Part shown: piece after piece, positions 53,624 through 63,790 of the stretch
How the letters are laid out: each line of letters opens with the position of its first letter
Position numbering within the stretch: the first letter of the stretch is position 1
Source of the DNA: Myxococcota bacterium
GTDB lineage: Bacteria > Myxococcota_A > UBA9160 > UBA6930
Length of the DNA: 64,000 nucleotides
Direction: 5' to 3'
NCBI GenBank assembly: GCA_965223705.1
Contig: OZ245015.1
Location: 3,200,001-3,264,000 of the forward strand
Position numbers and translations under genes: made by a program
Notes under the pieces: generated by a model
What the model was told of the DNA's origin: nothing
The model's input: only the letters and a program-made list of their open reading frames with translations
Databases searched by the model: none

Positions 53624-54505
53624 ATGCCGGAAACCGGCCGATTCGAACTCCAGCCGATCGACGCGACTTTCGGAGCCATCCTCCGTGGACAGCGCTTGGC
53701 CGCGCTCGACGACGCGGGCTTTGCGGAGCTCTATGAGCTCTGGCTCGAGCACGCTCTGCTCATCTTCCCCGACCAATGGATGAGCAACGAGGAACAGATC
53801 GCCTTCGCGAAGCGCTTCGGCGAGCTCGAGTTCGACCTGGTGCCGATCAGCAACGTCAAGGAAGACGGCACGGTTCGCCCCGACGACAACCGCGATGACA
53901 TGATCAAGATCTTGAAAGGCAATATGGGTTGGCACTGCGACAGCACGTATATGCCGGTCCAAGCCAAGGGCGCCGTGTTTACCGCGCACGTCGTTCCCGA
54001 GGAAGGCGGAGAAACCGGTTGGGCCGACATGCGCGCGGCGTACGACGCGCTCGACCCCGAGACGCGCGAACGGATCGCATCTCTGTCGGCGTTCCATTCG
54101 CTGCACTACAGCCAATCCAAGATCGGACACGTCTTCGACAAGGAAAAGAGCGACTACGGCGGGTATGGCTTTCACGACCAGGATCCGCCGCTGCGACCGC
54201 TCGTCAAGGTCCACCCCGAAACGGGCCGGCGATCCCTGCTGATCGGACGACACGCCTTTGGCATTCCGGGAATGGATCCGGACGAGTCTGAAGAGTTTCT
54301 CGAGGAGCTCGCCGCGTTCGCGTGTCGGCCGCCTCGCGTCTACCAGCATATGTGGTCACCCGGAGACGCCGTGGTCTGGGACAACCGCTGTCTCATGCAC
54401 CAGGCGTGCCCCTGGGATATGACGAAGGCGCGCGTCATGTATCACGCGCGCATCGCGGGCGATCCCAAGAGCGAGTTCGCCGCGTCCGTTTCAACCGCGA
54501 ACTGA
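53624..54505 (+). CDS. TauD/TfdA family dioxygenase
   Basis: Motifs WHCDSTY, GGETGWADM, PLVKVHPETGR and WDNRCLMH. Confidence 0.92.
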   Translation: MPETGRFELQPIDATFGAILRGQRLAALDDAGFAELYELWLEHALLIFPDQWMSNEEQIAFAKRFGELEFDLVPISNVKEDGTVRPDDNRDDMIKILKGNMGWHCDSTYMPVQAKGAVFTAHVVPEEGGETGWADMRAAYDALDPETRERIASLSAFHSLHYSQSKIGHVFDKEKSDYGGYGFHDQDPPLRPLVKVHPETGRRSLLIGRHAFGIPGMDPDESEEFLEELAAFACRPPRVYQHMWSPGDAVVWDNRCLMHQACPWDMTKARVMYHARIAGDPKSEFAASVSTAN

Positions 54506-54519
54506 ATGAGGAGCCTCCC

Positions 54520-55380
54520 GTGAAGCTGGGTGTCATGAGTTTCAATACCGAGTACTCGATCCGGGCCGACGAGCTCGCCGTCGAAGCCGAAGCGCGCGGC
54601 TTCGAATCGGTTTGGTTCCCCGAGCACACACACATCCCGGCGGGTCGGAAGACGCCCTACCCGGCGGGAGGTCCTCTCCCGAAGGAATATGTCCACATGT
54701 CGGATCCCTTTGTGAGCGCCGGGGCCGCGGCTGTCGTGACGACGACCTTGAAGATCGGAACGGGCGTCACGTTGATCCCGCAGCACGAGCCCCTCGCGTT
54801 GGCGAAGACGATCGCCACCGTCGACCGACTCGCCGAAGGTCGATTTCTCCTCGGCGTCGGGGCGGGTTGGAACCAAGACGAGATGGAGAACCACGGCGTT
54901 CGGTACGAAGAACGCTGGGCGGTGTGCATCGAGCACTTGGAAGCGCTCAAGGTGCTATGGACCGAAAAAGAGGCGTCGTACCACGGAAAGTACGTGGACT
55001 TCGACCGGGTATGGTCCTACCCGAAGCCGTATCAGGACCCCCATCCGCCGATCATTCTCGGCACGATGCCCTCCAAATACGGCCGCGCCCGGGCGGCGAA
55101 ACACGCGGACGGGTGGATCCCCGTCGGCGCTCTCCACGACAACATCGAGGCGGATATCGAGGACATGCACGACGCGTTGCGTGCGAACGGGAGAGATCCG
55201 AAGGATTTTCCGATCTCGATGTTCGACATTCTCGAGACATCCGAAGAAGACCTCAAACGGTACGCCGAGATCGGCTGTATCGAGCGTGCCATCCCGCGCT
55301 GCCCCACGGAAGACAAGGACACCGTCCTTCGTTGGCTCGATCGGTACGCGAAGATCGGCGCCGTGATTGGAGCGATGTGA
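54520..55380 (+). CDS. LLM-class F420-dependent oxidoreductase
   Basis: Motifs GFESVWFPEHTHIP, LKIGTGV, GRFLLGVGAGWN and PKPYQDPHPPI. GAGGAG RBS before the GTG. Confidence 0.88.
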   Translation: MKLGVMSFNTEYSIRADELAVEAEARGFESVWFPEHTHIPAGRKTPYPAGGPLPKEYVHMSDPFVSAGAAAVVTTTLKIGTGVTLIPQHEPLALAKTIATVDRLAEGRFLLGVGAGWNQDEMENHGVRYEERWAVCIEHLEALKVLWTEKEASYHGKYVDFDRVWSYPKPYQDPHPPIILGTMPSKYGRARAAKHADGWIPVGALHDNIEADIEDMHDALRANGRDPKDFPISMFDILETSEEDLKRYAEIGCIERAIPRCPTEDKDTVLRWLDRYAKIGAVIGAM

Positions 55381-56591
55381 ACTTCGAACTCAGTGACAAA
55401 GTGCAGGCTCTCCGGTTCCAGGTGGAGCAATTCATGCAGGAGCACGTCTACCCGCACGAGCTCGAGTACTACGCGTGGACCGACGACCAATCGAATCTTT
55501 GGACGTATCCGCCTTTCTTCGAAGGCCTGAAACAGAAGGCGAAGTCCGCCGGCATCTGGAACTGGTTTCTTCCGGCGGAATACGAGGACTGGAGCCCCGG
55601 GCTCACGAACGCCGAGTTCGCCCCGATCATGGAAGTCATGAGCCGCGTCCCGTGGGCCCAAGAAGTGTTCAACTGCAGTGCCCCCGACCGCGGCAACATG
55701 GAGGTGTTGGCGAAATACGGGACGAAAGACCAGCAAGAGCAGTGGCTCAAACCGCTGCTCGAAGGGGAGATCCGCTCGGCGTTCGCGATGACGGAACCCG
55801 CCGTCGCTTCCTCGGACGCGACGAACCTCGAGTGCGAAATCCGCCGCGACGGAAGCGACTACGTCATCAACGGACGGAAGTGGTGGACGAGCAACATCTA
55901 CAACCCGAACTGCCGATTGATGATTTTGATGGGGGTGACCGACCCGGACGCGCCGCGGCACAACCGCCAGTCGACCATCATCGTCCCCGTCGACACGCCG
56001 GGCGTCGAGCGGGTCCGGCCCCTCTACGCGCTCGGTCACTACGATTCACCCGGCGGCCACGGTGAGGTTCAACTCACCGACGTCCGGGTGCCCGCCGAAA
56101 ACCTGATCCTCGGTGAGGGTCGCGGGTTTGAGATTGCTCAAGGGCGACTCGGCCCGGGCCGCTTTCAGTACGCGATGATGTTCGTGGGCATGGCGGAACG
56201 CTGTCTCGAACTCATGTGCCAGCGGGTCACCGAACGCGTGGCCTTCGGCGAGCCGCTGGGCGCCAAGACGAGTATCCAGCACGACATCGCGCGATCTCGA
56301 AGCGAAATCGAACAATGTCGCCTGCTGGTTCTCGCAGCCGCGGACACGATGGATCGCGAGGGCATCAAGAGCGCTCGGGACTACGTGTCGATGGTGAAGA
56401 TCGTCGCACCGGAAATGTGCAACCGTGTAGCCGATCGCGCGATGCAGGCCTTCGGAGGCATGGGCGTGTGCCAAGACACGCCCATCGCGCAAATCCACGC
56501 CCTGAGCCGCTTTTGTCGCATCGCCGACGGTCCCGACGAAGTCCACATGTCTCAGCTCGGCAAACGAACGATCCGAGCCCGGGCGGTCTGA
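55377..56591 (+). CDS. Acyl-CoA dehydrogenase
   Basis: Motifs FNCSAPDRGNMEVL, FAMTEPAVASSDATN, AQGRLGPGR and RIADGPDEVH. GTGA overlap. Confidence 0.93.
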   Translation: MNFELSDKVQALRFQVEQFMQEHVYPHELEYYAWTDDQSNLWTYPPFFEGLKQKAKSAGIWNWFLPAEYEDWSPGLTNAEFAPIMEVMSRVPWAQEVFNCSAPDRGNMEVLAKYGTKDQQEQWLKPLLEGEIRSAFAMTEPAVASSDATNLECEIRRDGSDYVINGRKWWTSNIYNPNCRLMILMGVTDPDAPRHNRQSTIIVPVDTPGVERVRPLYALGHYDSPGGHGEVQLTDVRVPAENLILGEGRGFEIAQGRLGPGRFQYAMMFVGMAERCLELMCQRVTERVAFGEPLGAKTSIQHDIARSRSEIEQCRLLVLAAADTMDREGIKSARDYVSMVKIVAPEMCNRVADRAMQAFGGMGVCQDTPIAQIHALSRFCRIADGPDEVHMSQLGKRTIRARAV

Positions 56592-56645
56592 AATGGGCTT
56601 GCCCTCGGTCCGCGTCCTCGGCAAGATCGAAGTGGAGGTTTATCG

Positions 56646-57410
56646 ATGAGCATGCCCCCGAGCGGCGAGACAAGCGGAGCGCCGGTTCCGCCCCACGCGC
56701 CGCTCCCGCGTTACTATGAGAGCGACGAGACACGTAGCCCCTACGTCATTGATCTTTTCAACAAGACCGCACACCACTACAACACGATCGAGGCGCTGCT
56801 GCTGAACGGCGGGCTCTGGTATCGCTACTACGCGTTGCGTCGAGCCGGCCTGCGAAAGGGCATGAAAGTGCTCGACGTCGCCATCGGTACCGCGGCGGTG
56901 GCTCGAGGCGCCACGCGTCTGGTCGGGCCTACGGGAAAGGTCTACGGCGTCGATCCGAGCCCGGGCATGCTGAAAGAAGCGAAAAAGAACTTCGACGGGC
57001 CGCTCACCCGGGGTTTTGCCGAGACGCTCCCCTTTCGCAGTGACTTCTTCGACTTCGTGACCATGGGCATCGCACTGCGCCACGTCTCGGACTTGCGCAA
57101 GACCTTTGCCGAATACCACCGCGTTCTGAAGCCCGGCGGCAAAGTCTGGATCCTCGAAGGGCACTCTCCCGAGAACCCCGTCGGCAATCGGGTGACCCGG
57201 TTCTTCATGGGGCGCGTCGTGCCGGGCATGACCTACCTGGCCACGCGCAGCCAGGAGGCCAAGACCTTCATGGAATTCTACTGGGACACCGTGGAACAGA
57301 GCGTCCGACCGGAGAAAATTCTCGAGACTATGTCCGACGTCGGTTTTGACCAGCCGAACCTGCGCGTGGTTTCGCCGGTGTGCGAATACACCGCGACAAA
57401 GCCCCTCTAA
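56646..57410 (+). CDS. Class I SAM-dependent methyltransferase (UbiE/MenG-like)
   Basis: Motifs VLDVAIGTA, GVDPSPGML, AETLPF, ALRHV and RVLKPGG. Confidence 0.88.
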   Translation: MSMPPSGETSGAPVPPHAPLPRYYESDETRSPYVIDLFNKTAHHYNTIEALLLNGGLWYRYYALRRAGLRKGMKVLDVAIGTAAVARGATRLVGPTGKVYGVDPSPGMLKEAKKNFDGPLTRGFAETLPFRSDFFDFVTMGIALRHVSDLRKTFAEYHRVLKPGGKVWILEGHSPENPVGNRVTRFFMGRVVPGMTYLATRSQEAKTFMEFYWDTVEQSVRPEKILETMSDVGFDQPNLRVVSPVCEYTATKPL

Positions 57411-57438
57411 TCCGCGCCAACCGATCGAGGAGAACACG

Positions 57439-59529
57439 ATGCGTACGGGAATTCGTCAACTGGCTCTGGCCGCACTGGTCTTGGCCGGTCCCTGGGTCGC
57501 CGGCGGGGCAACCGTCGTCGACGACGCAGCCATCGCCGACGAGTCGGACGGCGCGAACTGGCTCGCGTACGGCAAGACGCACAGCGAGAAGCGCTACAGC
57601 CCGCTGTCGCAAATCAATCTCGAGACGGTCTCCGGCCTCGGGCTCGAGTGGTTCCTCGACCTTCCGATCGATCGCACGCTCATCGGGACGCCGCTCGCCG
57701 TCGACGGCGTGCTCTATTTCACCGGCAGCTACAGCCGCACGCGAGCCGTCGATGCGAAGACCGGGAAGCTCCTCTGGACCTACGACCCCGAGTCGACGAA
57801 ACACGCGGGCGATCGACTTCGCATCATGTGGGATTCGAGCCGTGGTCTCGCTTTTTGGAAAGGCAAAGTCATCATCGCCACGATCGACGGGCGATTGGTC
57901 GCGATCGACGCGAAGACCGGGAAGAAGGTCTGGGAGACCATGACCATCGACCCCGAGAAGGCGTACTACATCACGGGCGCTCCGAAGGTCTTTCGCGACA
58001 AGGTCATCATCGGGAACGGCGGCACGGAGTTCGAGGCGGCGCGGGGCTACGTGACGGCGTACGACGCCGCGACCGGCGAGCTTGCGTGGCGCTTCTATAT
58101 CGTACCGGGCAATCCCGCCGACGGCTTCGAGAACAAGGCCATGGAGATGGCGGCAAAGACCTGGACCGGCGAGTGGTGGAAGCTCGGCGGCGGCGGCAAT
58201 ACCTGGAACGGCATCACCTACGACCCCGAGTACAACCAGATCATTATGGGAACCGGCAACGGCTCTCCCTGGAACCGCAAGGTGCGAAGCCCCGGCGGCG
58301 GCGACAACTTGTTTCTCTGCTCGCTGGTTGCCGTCGACGCGGACACCGGCGAATACAAGTGGCACTACCAGACGGTCCCGGGCGAGACCTGGGACTACAA
58401 CTCCAATATGGACGTCGTCCTGGCCGATCTCGAGATCGGTGGAGAAACCGTCAAGGCGCTCATGCACGCTCCGAAGAACGGTTTCTTCTACGTGATCGAC
58501 CGGAAGGACGGGAAGCTGATCTCCGCCGAGAAGATTGCGAAAGTCACCTGGGCTTCGCACATCGATCTCGAAACCGGGCGTCCCGTCGAAAACCCGGACG
58601 CGCGGTACGAGGATGGGGAAGCCGTGGTCTGGCCGAGCCCGTACGGCGCCCACAGCTGGCACGCCATGTCCTTCAACCCCAACACCGGGCTCGCATACAT
58701 TCCGATCATCGAGCTGCCGGGCCTGTTCCGGGATGCGGACATCGACCTCAAAGAGTACACCCCGCCGAGCTTCACGATCGAAGTCGGCGTGGAGTTCGGT
58801 CTATCGCTCGACCCAGGAGACGAAGGCACCGCGTCCCTGATGGCGTGGGATCCCATCCGCCACAAGAAGGTGTGGACGGTCCCGCTTCCCAACAACTGGA
58901 ACCCCGGAACCATGACCACAGCGGGCGATCTCGTGTTCCAGGGTCGCGCCGATAGCGAGTTCGTGGCGTACAACGCGCGGACGGGCGAAACCGTGTGGTC
59001 GCAGCGACTGGGAACTGGGATCTCGGCGCCGCCGATCACCTACAGCGTCGACGGCAAACAGTACATCTCGATCCTCGCGGGCTGGGGAGGAGCCGGCCCC
59101 GCACTCGGAGGGGTTCTCCACAACCAGCACGGTTGGGCCTACCGGGCTCACCCGCGACGCCTTTTCACCTTCGCGCTGGGCGGCGATACACCGATGCCAC
59201 CGTCGCCGCCTCCCGTCATTCCGACGCCGGTCGACGTAGCGGACTTTGAGATTGACGAAGCGCTCGCAAACGCCGGTTCGGAGATCTACAACGACACTTG
59301 TGTCATCTGCCACGGCGGCGGCGTGATCTCCGGAGGCAAAGCGCCCGACCTGCGGGCATCGCAGGTCTCACTGAAGCTCGACTCGTTTCGGGAAGTCGTA
59401 CGCGCGGGACGTCGCCCGCTCGGCATGCCGCACTACCCCGAGCTGAGCGACCAGGAGATCGAGGGCATCTTCCACTACGTGCGCCAACAAGCGCGGGTCG
59501 GCCTTCAAACCGCTTCGACCGCGCCTTAG
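57439..59529 (+). CDS. PQQ-dependent quinohemoprotein dehydrogenase (type II ADH-like) with C-terminal cytochrome c
   Basis: Signal peptide, RYSPLSQIN, PQQ propeller repeats, TGNGSPWN, ETWDYN, HAPKNGFFYV, GAHSW and haem motif CVICHG. Confidence 0.93.
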   Translation: MRTGIRQLALAALVLAGPWVAGGATVVDDAAIADESDGANWLAYGKTHSEKRYSPLSQINLETVSGLGLEWFLDLPIDRTLIGTPLAVDGVLYFTGSYSRTRAVDAKTGKLLWTYDPESTKHAGDRLRIMWDSSRGLAFWKGKVIIATIDGRLVAIDAKTGKKVWETMTIDPEKAYYITGAPKVFRDKVIIGNGGTEFEAARGYVTAYDAATGELAWRFYIVPGNPADGFENKAMEMAAKTWTGEWWKLGGGGNTWNGITYDPEYNQIIMGTGNGSPWNRKVRSPGGGDNLFLCSLVAVDADTGEYKWHYQTVPGETWDYNSNMDVVLADLEIGGETVKALMHAPKNGFFYVIDRKDGKLISAEKIAKVTWASHIDLETGRPVENPDARYEDGEAVVWPSPYGAHSWHAMSFNPNTGLAYIPIIELPGLFRDADIDLKEYTPPSFTIEVGVEFGLSLDPGDEGTASLMAWDPIRHKKVWTVPLPNNWNPGTMTTAGDLVFQGRADSEFVAYNARTGETVWSQRLGTGISAPPITYSVDGKQYISILAGWGGAGPALGGVLHNQHGWAYRAHPRRLFTFALGGDTPMPPSPPPVIPTPVDVADFEIDEALANAGSEIYNDTCVICHGGGVISGGKAPDLRASQVSLKLDSFREVVRAGRRPLGMPHYPELSDQEIEGIFHYVRQQARVGLQTASTAP

Positions 59530-60392
59530 CAGCTCGTGCTCAGTTGTCGCATCACGCGGCGACCACTCGGGTCGAAGGCGTCGCGGCGGTGCAACGCGCC
59601 GAGTGTGTCAAAGACGACGAGATCGCCGACTTCCCATTCGTGCGAATAGATGGCGTCCGGCTGCGTCGAGTGAAGATGGAGCTCTTTGAGTAGCGCACTG
59701 CTCTCGTCGCGCGGCATTCCGAGTATGCCCCGCGTCGCGCCCTTGCTCACGTAGAGTAGCTCGCGACCGGTTTTCGGATGGCGCATCACCACCGGATGCT
59801 CGGCCTCGGGAATCGGTGGGCGCTCGACGCCTTCCCGCTCGTCCCGCTCGCGCTTGGCTTCATAGCCCGGAGAGAGATCGGAATCGCCGGAGTAGTAGGT
59901 CGAAATGCTGTGGCGCGCTCGGAGCTTCCGCAACATTCGTACCTTCTCTTCTGGGAGGTCCTCGAGCGCGCGATACTGACTGCAGAAGTGGGTGCGCGGC
60001 CCGTCCTGCGGGAGTTCAACGGCGTTGAGGAAGCTCTCGAGGCCGGGTTTCGGCACATAGGAGTAATCCGCGTGCCATTCGAGCTCGGCCGAGCCGCCTG
60101 TTCCCAGCGGAATGCCGTCTTCTCCCAGCGCGTTGCTCACGGGCAAGATCTCCGGACGTTCTCCAGAATCGCGAAACCACTCCGACCCCTTGATCAGCGG
60201 ACCGAAGCTCGCGGCAAACCGCGCCAACGCTTCGTCGCTCGGCTGGGCATGTCCACGGAAGACGAGGACCAAGTGATCGCGAAGTCCCGCCTCGATCGTC
60301 GCGCGCGTGTCCGCGTCGAGTAGCTCTTCCGGTTGCCAGCCTTCGACCTGTGCCCCCAGCGGCCCGTCGAGCTTCGTGATGTGGAGTTGCAT
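59526..60392 (-). CDS. TauD/TfdA family dioxygenase
   Basis: Motifs WHADYSY, HPVVMRHPKTGR and WEVGDLVVFDTLGALHRR. ATG at 60392 overlaps the upstream stop (TGATG). Confidence 0.9.
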   Translation of the reverse strand: MQLHITKLDGPLGAQVEGWQPEELLDADTRATIEAGLRDHLVLVFRGHAQPSDEALARFAASFGPLIKGSEWFRDSGERPEILPVSNALGEDGIPLGTGGSAELEWHADYSYVPKPGLESFLNAVELPQDGPRTHFCSQYRALEDLPEEKVRMLRKLRARHSISTYYSGDSDLSPGYEAKRERDEREGVERPPIPEAEHPVVMRHPKTGRELLYVSKGATRGILGMPRDESSALLKELHLHSTQPDAIYSHEWEVGDLVVFDTLGALHRRDAFDPSGRRVMRQLSTSC

Positions 60393-61024
60393 CAAAACGA
60401 CCCCTTTGACTTTTGCAGTTGCTCGTATTCCTCCATCGTCAACACGCCGGCCTCGCGAACCCTTTCTTTTTCGTCGCCTTGGAGGACATCTTGGAACATT
60501 TCGATGCGTTTCCACGGAGCGACCGGTTGCGGTACCCCCGGGCGCGGGACGTGCTCGGACGCCTCGAGCTTCTTGTAACGATGGATATAGCGGGGACAGT
60601 TGATGAAGACCTCTTCGACCGACACTCGAACGGCAAGCGCCCCGTCTCGGGTCGAGACCCGTGCCGAACCGTGGACGCGGATTCGGTGGGGTTGCTCGAA
60701 ATCTATGAACAGCAGACCGACCTTGCCGTTCGTCGCGACGTTCCCGGTGGAGAGGTACATCCCGTTCCCATCGAAGATGGGAAACTCGAGGGTCTTTCGA
60801 TCGGTCACGGCCACGAAACCGGGATCACCGCCTTTATAGGAAACGGTGGGCATCCCCCGTTCATCGATGGTCGAGAGAAAGAACATGTCACGGGATTCGA
60901 TAAAGGCCCGCTCTTCATCGCTCACGAAATCGTGCACGGTGATCGAAGCGACGCGATCCGCGAGCGCACGCGAACCGAACTGATCTTGCAGAGCGCGTTG
61001 CTGTGGCGAGTAGAAATTGCTCAT
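60392..61024 (-). CDS. Pyridoxamine 5'-phosphate oxidase-like FMN-binding protein
   Basis: Motifs FIESRDMFFLST, SYKGGDPGFV, GNGMYLSTGN, VGLLFIDF and NCPRYI. GGAGG RBS. Confidence 0.85.
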   Translation of the reverse strand: MSNFYSPQQRALQDQFGSRALADRVASITVHDFVSDEERAFIESRDMFFLSTIDERGMPTVSYKGGDPGFVAVTDRKTLEFPIFDGNGMYLSTGNVATNGKVGLLFIDFEQPHRIRVHGSARVSTRDGALAVRVSVEEVFINCPRYIHRYKKLEASEHVPRPGVPQPVAPWKRIEMFQDVLQGDEKERVREAGVLTMEEYEQLQKSKGSF

Positions 61025-61143
61025 CGGATGCCTCCGATGGACAGGGTACCGAAACCCGTTCGGCGTGGGATTCGCCTCCTCGGCTTTCCGTCCGGAGCCC
61101 CCGTCCCCTATAGTCCCCGACAGACGCTTCGCAAGGAGACGCC

Positions 61144-61539
61144 GTGGCCGATCAAATCCCGTTCGTCGACTACCTGGTTCTGGGAGACTCCCCGCATCTC
61201 GTGGCGCAAGAGTGCGAATCCTGTGGCGCTCGTTTCTTCGACCGGCGCAACGCCTGCGCGTCCTGTTCCGGGACCGCATTTCGCGCGGTCGATATCGCGA
61301 CGCACGGCGAGGTCCGTTCTTTTACCATCGTCGCGTTCGCGGCGCCGGGAATCGAGGTTCCGTTCGTCTCCGCGATCATCGATTGTGACGGCACCAGCGT
61401 TCGCGCCAACCTCGTGAACGTCGAGCCCGATCCCGACCACGTCAAGTTGGGTATGCCGGTTCGCCTCACAACCTTCCCCATCGGCGCCGATCAAGAAGGC
61501 GTCGAAGCAATCAATTTCGGCTTCGAGCCGGCGGCCTAG
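61144..61539 (+). CDS. DUF35 Zn-ribbon/OB-fold protein
   Basis: Motifs CESCG...CASC, GEVRSFTIV and VKLGMPVRL. AGGAG RBS. Confidence 0.9.
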   Translation: MADQIPFVDYLVLGDSPHLVAQECESCGARFFDRRNACASCSGTAFRAVDIATHGEVRSFTIVAFAAPGIEVPFVSAIIDCDGTSVRANLVNVEPDPDHVKLGMPVRLTTFPIGADQEGVEAINFGFEPAA

Positions 61540-61550
61540 AGGAGCGCATC

Positions 61551-62756
61551 ATGGGTTCGGAAGACGTCTACATCCTCGGCATCAACATGACGAAGTTCGG
61601 CAAGCACCACGACAAAGACGTGCTCGACCTGGCGAGCGAAGCGACGCTGGCCGCCTTGGCGGACGGTGGCGTGACCATGGACCAGATGGGTGTGCTCGCC
61701 GCCGGCAACTTGATGGGTGGGGCGACGCCCATCGCGCAGCTCATCCAGAAGCAGTGTGGACAGACCGGTATCCCGGCGTACAACGTCTCGAATGCGTGTG
61801 CGACCGGCGCCACCGCACTCCGCGTCGCGTGCATGTCGGTAAAGGCCGGCGAATCCGATTTCGGTCTCGCCGTGGGCGTGGAGAAGCTCGCGGGAGCGGG
61901 ACTCCTCGCCGGCGGCACGAAGAAGAAAGACGGGAAGACCTGGGAACGTTCGGGTCGCTACGGCGCCGTCGCCGGCGTCGACGGTCGCATCGGCACCGAA
62001 ACCATGCCCGGCGTGTTCGCTCAGGTGGGCATGGAATACGGTCACAAGTACGGCGGCGCGAGCTTCGAGCTATTCGCGCAGATCTCGGAAAAGAATCACG
62101 CGCATTCGACCCTGAACCCCTTGGCGGCGTACACCAAGGCGATGACGCTCGAAGAGATCATGAACGACATCATGATCGCCTACCCGAACACGCGGCCGAT
62201 GTGTTCCGCCAACTGCGACGGCGCCGCTGCCGCGGTTGTCGTGAGCGGCTCGAAACTGAAGACGCTTTCGCGAGAACAACAGCGGCGCGCCGTCAAGATT
62301 CGGGCCTCCGTGCTGACGAGTGATCCTTACCAAGAAGCGTGTCAGGTCCTGCCGGACGTCAACACCTTGACGAAGAACGCGGCGAAGCAAGCGTACGAAC
62401 AGGCGGGCGTCGGCCCGGAAGATCTCGATCTGGTCGAGCTACACGACTGCTTCGCAACGGCAGAGCTCGTTCACTACGACAACTTGATGCTCTGCGGCGA
62501 AGGGAACGCCGTCGATTTCTTCAAATCCGGAGCCCCGACGCGAGACGGGCGCATGCCGGTCAACGTGTCCGGCGGGCTGCAATCGAAAGGGCATCCCATC
62601 GCCGCTACCGGGATCGCGAATATCTGGGAAGTCTGTCACCACCTGCGCGGCGAGGCGGGCCCGCGCCAGATCGAGAACGCAAAGATCGGCCTCGCTCACG
62701 TCATCGGCCTCGCTTCCGCATGTGGCGTCCACATTCTCGAGGGCAACGCCGCGTGA
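61551..62756 (+). CDS. Thiolase family protein
   Basis: Motifs NVSNACATG, DGAAA, VELHDCF and VNVSGGLQSKGHPIAATG. Confidence 0.92.
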   Translation: MGSEDVYILGINMTKFGKHHDKDVLDLASEATLAALADGGVTMDQMGVLAAGNLMGGATPIAQLIQKQCGQTGIPAYNVSNACATGATALRVACMSVKAGESDFGLAVGVEKLAGAGLLAGGTKKKDGKTWERSGRYGAVAGVDGRIGTETMPGVFAQVGMEYGHKYGGASFELFAQISEKNHAHSTLNPLAAYTKAMTLEEIMNDIMIAYPNTRPMCSANCDGAAAAVVVSGSKLKTLSREQQRRAVKIRASVLTSDPYQEACQVLPDVNTLTKNAAKQAYEQAGVGPEDLDLVELHDCFATAELVHYDNLMLCGEGNAVDFFKSGAPTRDGRMPVNVSGGLQSKGHPIAATGIANIWEVCHHLRGEAGPRQIENAKIGLAHVIGLASACGVHILEGNAA

Positions 62757-63784
62757 TTCGGATCGATCGGCGCGGTTTCCTTCGAGCCGCCGCGTTCTTG
62801 CTCGCCGGCGGCCGGACCCTCCTGCATTCGGGCGACGCCCGGGCAGCGCTCTACGCCGCGCGATCCACACTGGGCCGCGAATTGGCTTGGCCCGAGATGA
62901 CCTACCGGCCCCTCGGACGGACCGGGTGGCGGGCGAGTCGGCTCGTCTTCGGTTGCGGCGCCGCGCTGTCGCGGGGACCTCGCGATGATCTTCTCGAGAT
63001 GGCCTTCGACGCGGGGATCAACGTCTTCGACGTGGGCTTCCGCGGTTATTACCGGGACGCGGAAACGAACCTCGCGGGCTTTCTTTCGCGTCACCGCGAT
63101 CGCGTGTTCCTCATCTCGAAAGCGATCCCGATGCGCGACCTCGAACCCGGCGACGCACTCCCCGCGGCACAACGGAAAGAAGCGGCTGCAAACTGGGCCC
63201 GGCAGCTCGATCAAAGCCTTGGAGAGCTCGAGGTCGAGCGCGTCGACGCGTATTACGTGATGGCCGCGAACAACACGGACCTGGTAGCGAGCGACGAGAT
63301 CCGCCGGGCCTTCGAGGACGCGAAGCGGCTCGGAAAAGTGAGCTATCTCGGGCTCAGCACCCATCAGAACGCCGAGAGCGTTCTGACCACAGCCGCTGCT
63401 ACTGGAATCTACGACTTGGCGATGATCGCCATCACCCCCGCCGGCTGGTACGACTGGAAAGAGCGCGCGGTGTTGGTCGGATCACCGCCGATGAAAGACA
63501 TCCGACCCACCCTCGATCGGGCGCGAGAGACTGGGATGGGTTTGATCGGCATGAAGGCCGGCCGCGCCCTCGCCGGCCGACGGTTTTTCGGCCGCGGCAA
63601 GCCCGAGGCGTTCGATCCTTATTACGATGAGAAACTCATGCGCGCGGGCCTATCCGCGTTCCAGCGCAGCTACGCGTACGTGTTGGCCCACGGTCTCGAC
63701 GCCGTCAATGCGGACATGCAATCGCTCTCGCACCTGCACGAGAACGCCGTGGCAGCGACGCTGTCCGACAAGCACTTCGCCTGA
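62753..63784 (+). CDS. Aldo/keto reductase with Tat-like signal
   Basis: Twin-arginine leader DRRGFL, then YRPLGRTG, GINVFD, LDQSL, GKVSYLGLSTH and GLIGMK. GTGA overlap. Confidence 0.8.
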   Translation: MIRIDRRGFLRAAAFLLAGGRTLLHSGDARAALYAARSTLGRELAWPEMTYRPLGRTGWRASRLVFGCGAALSRGPRDDLLEMAFDAGINVFDVGFRGYYRDAETNLAGFLSRHRDRVFLISKAIPMRDLEPGDALPAAQRKEAAANWARQLDQSLGELEVERVDAYYVMAANNTDLVASDEIRRAFEDAKRLGKVSYLGLSTHQNAESVLTTAAATGIYDLAMIAITPAGWYDWKERAVLVGSPPMKDIRPTLDRARETGMGLIGMKAGRALAGRRFFGRGKPEAFDPYYDEKLMRAGLSAFQRSYAYVLAHGLDAVNADMQSLSHLHENAVAATLSDKHFA

Positions 63785-63790
63785 GAAGAT

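Noticed and set aside
58380..58420. Lanthanide-dependent PQQ dehydrogenase
   Set aside because: The motif is WDYN, lacking the extra Asp (D-x-D) of XoxF/ExaF/PedH-type enzymes.
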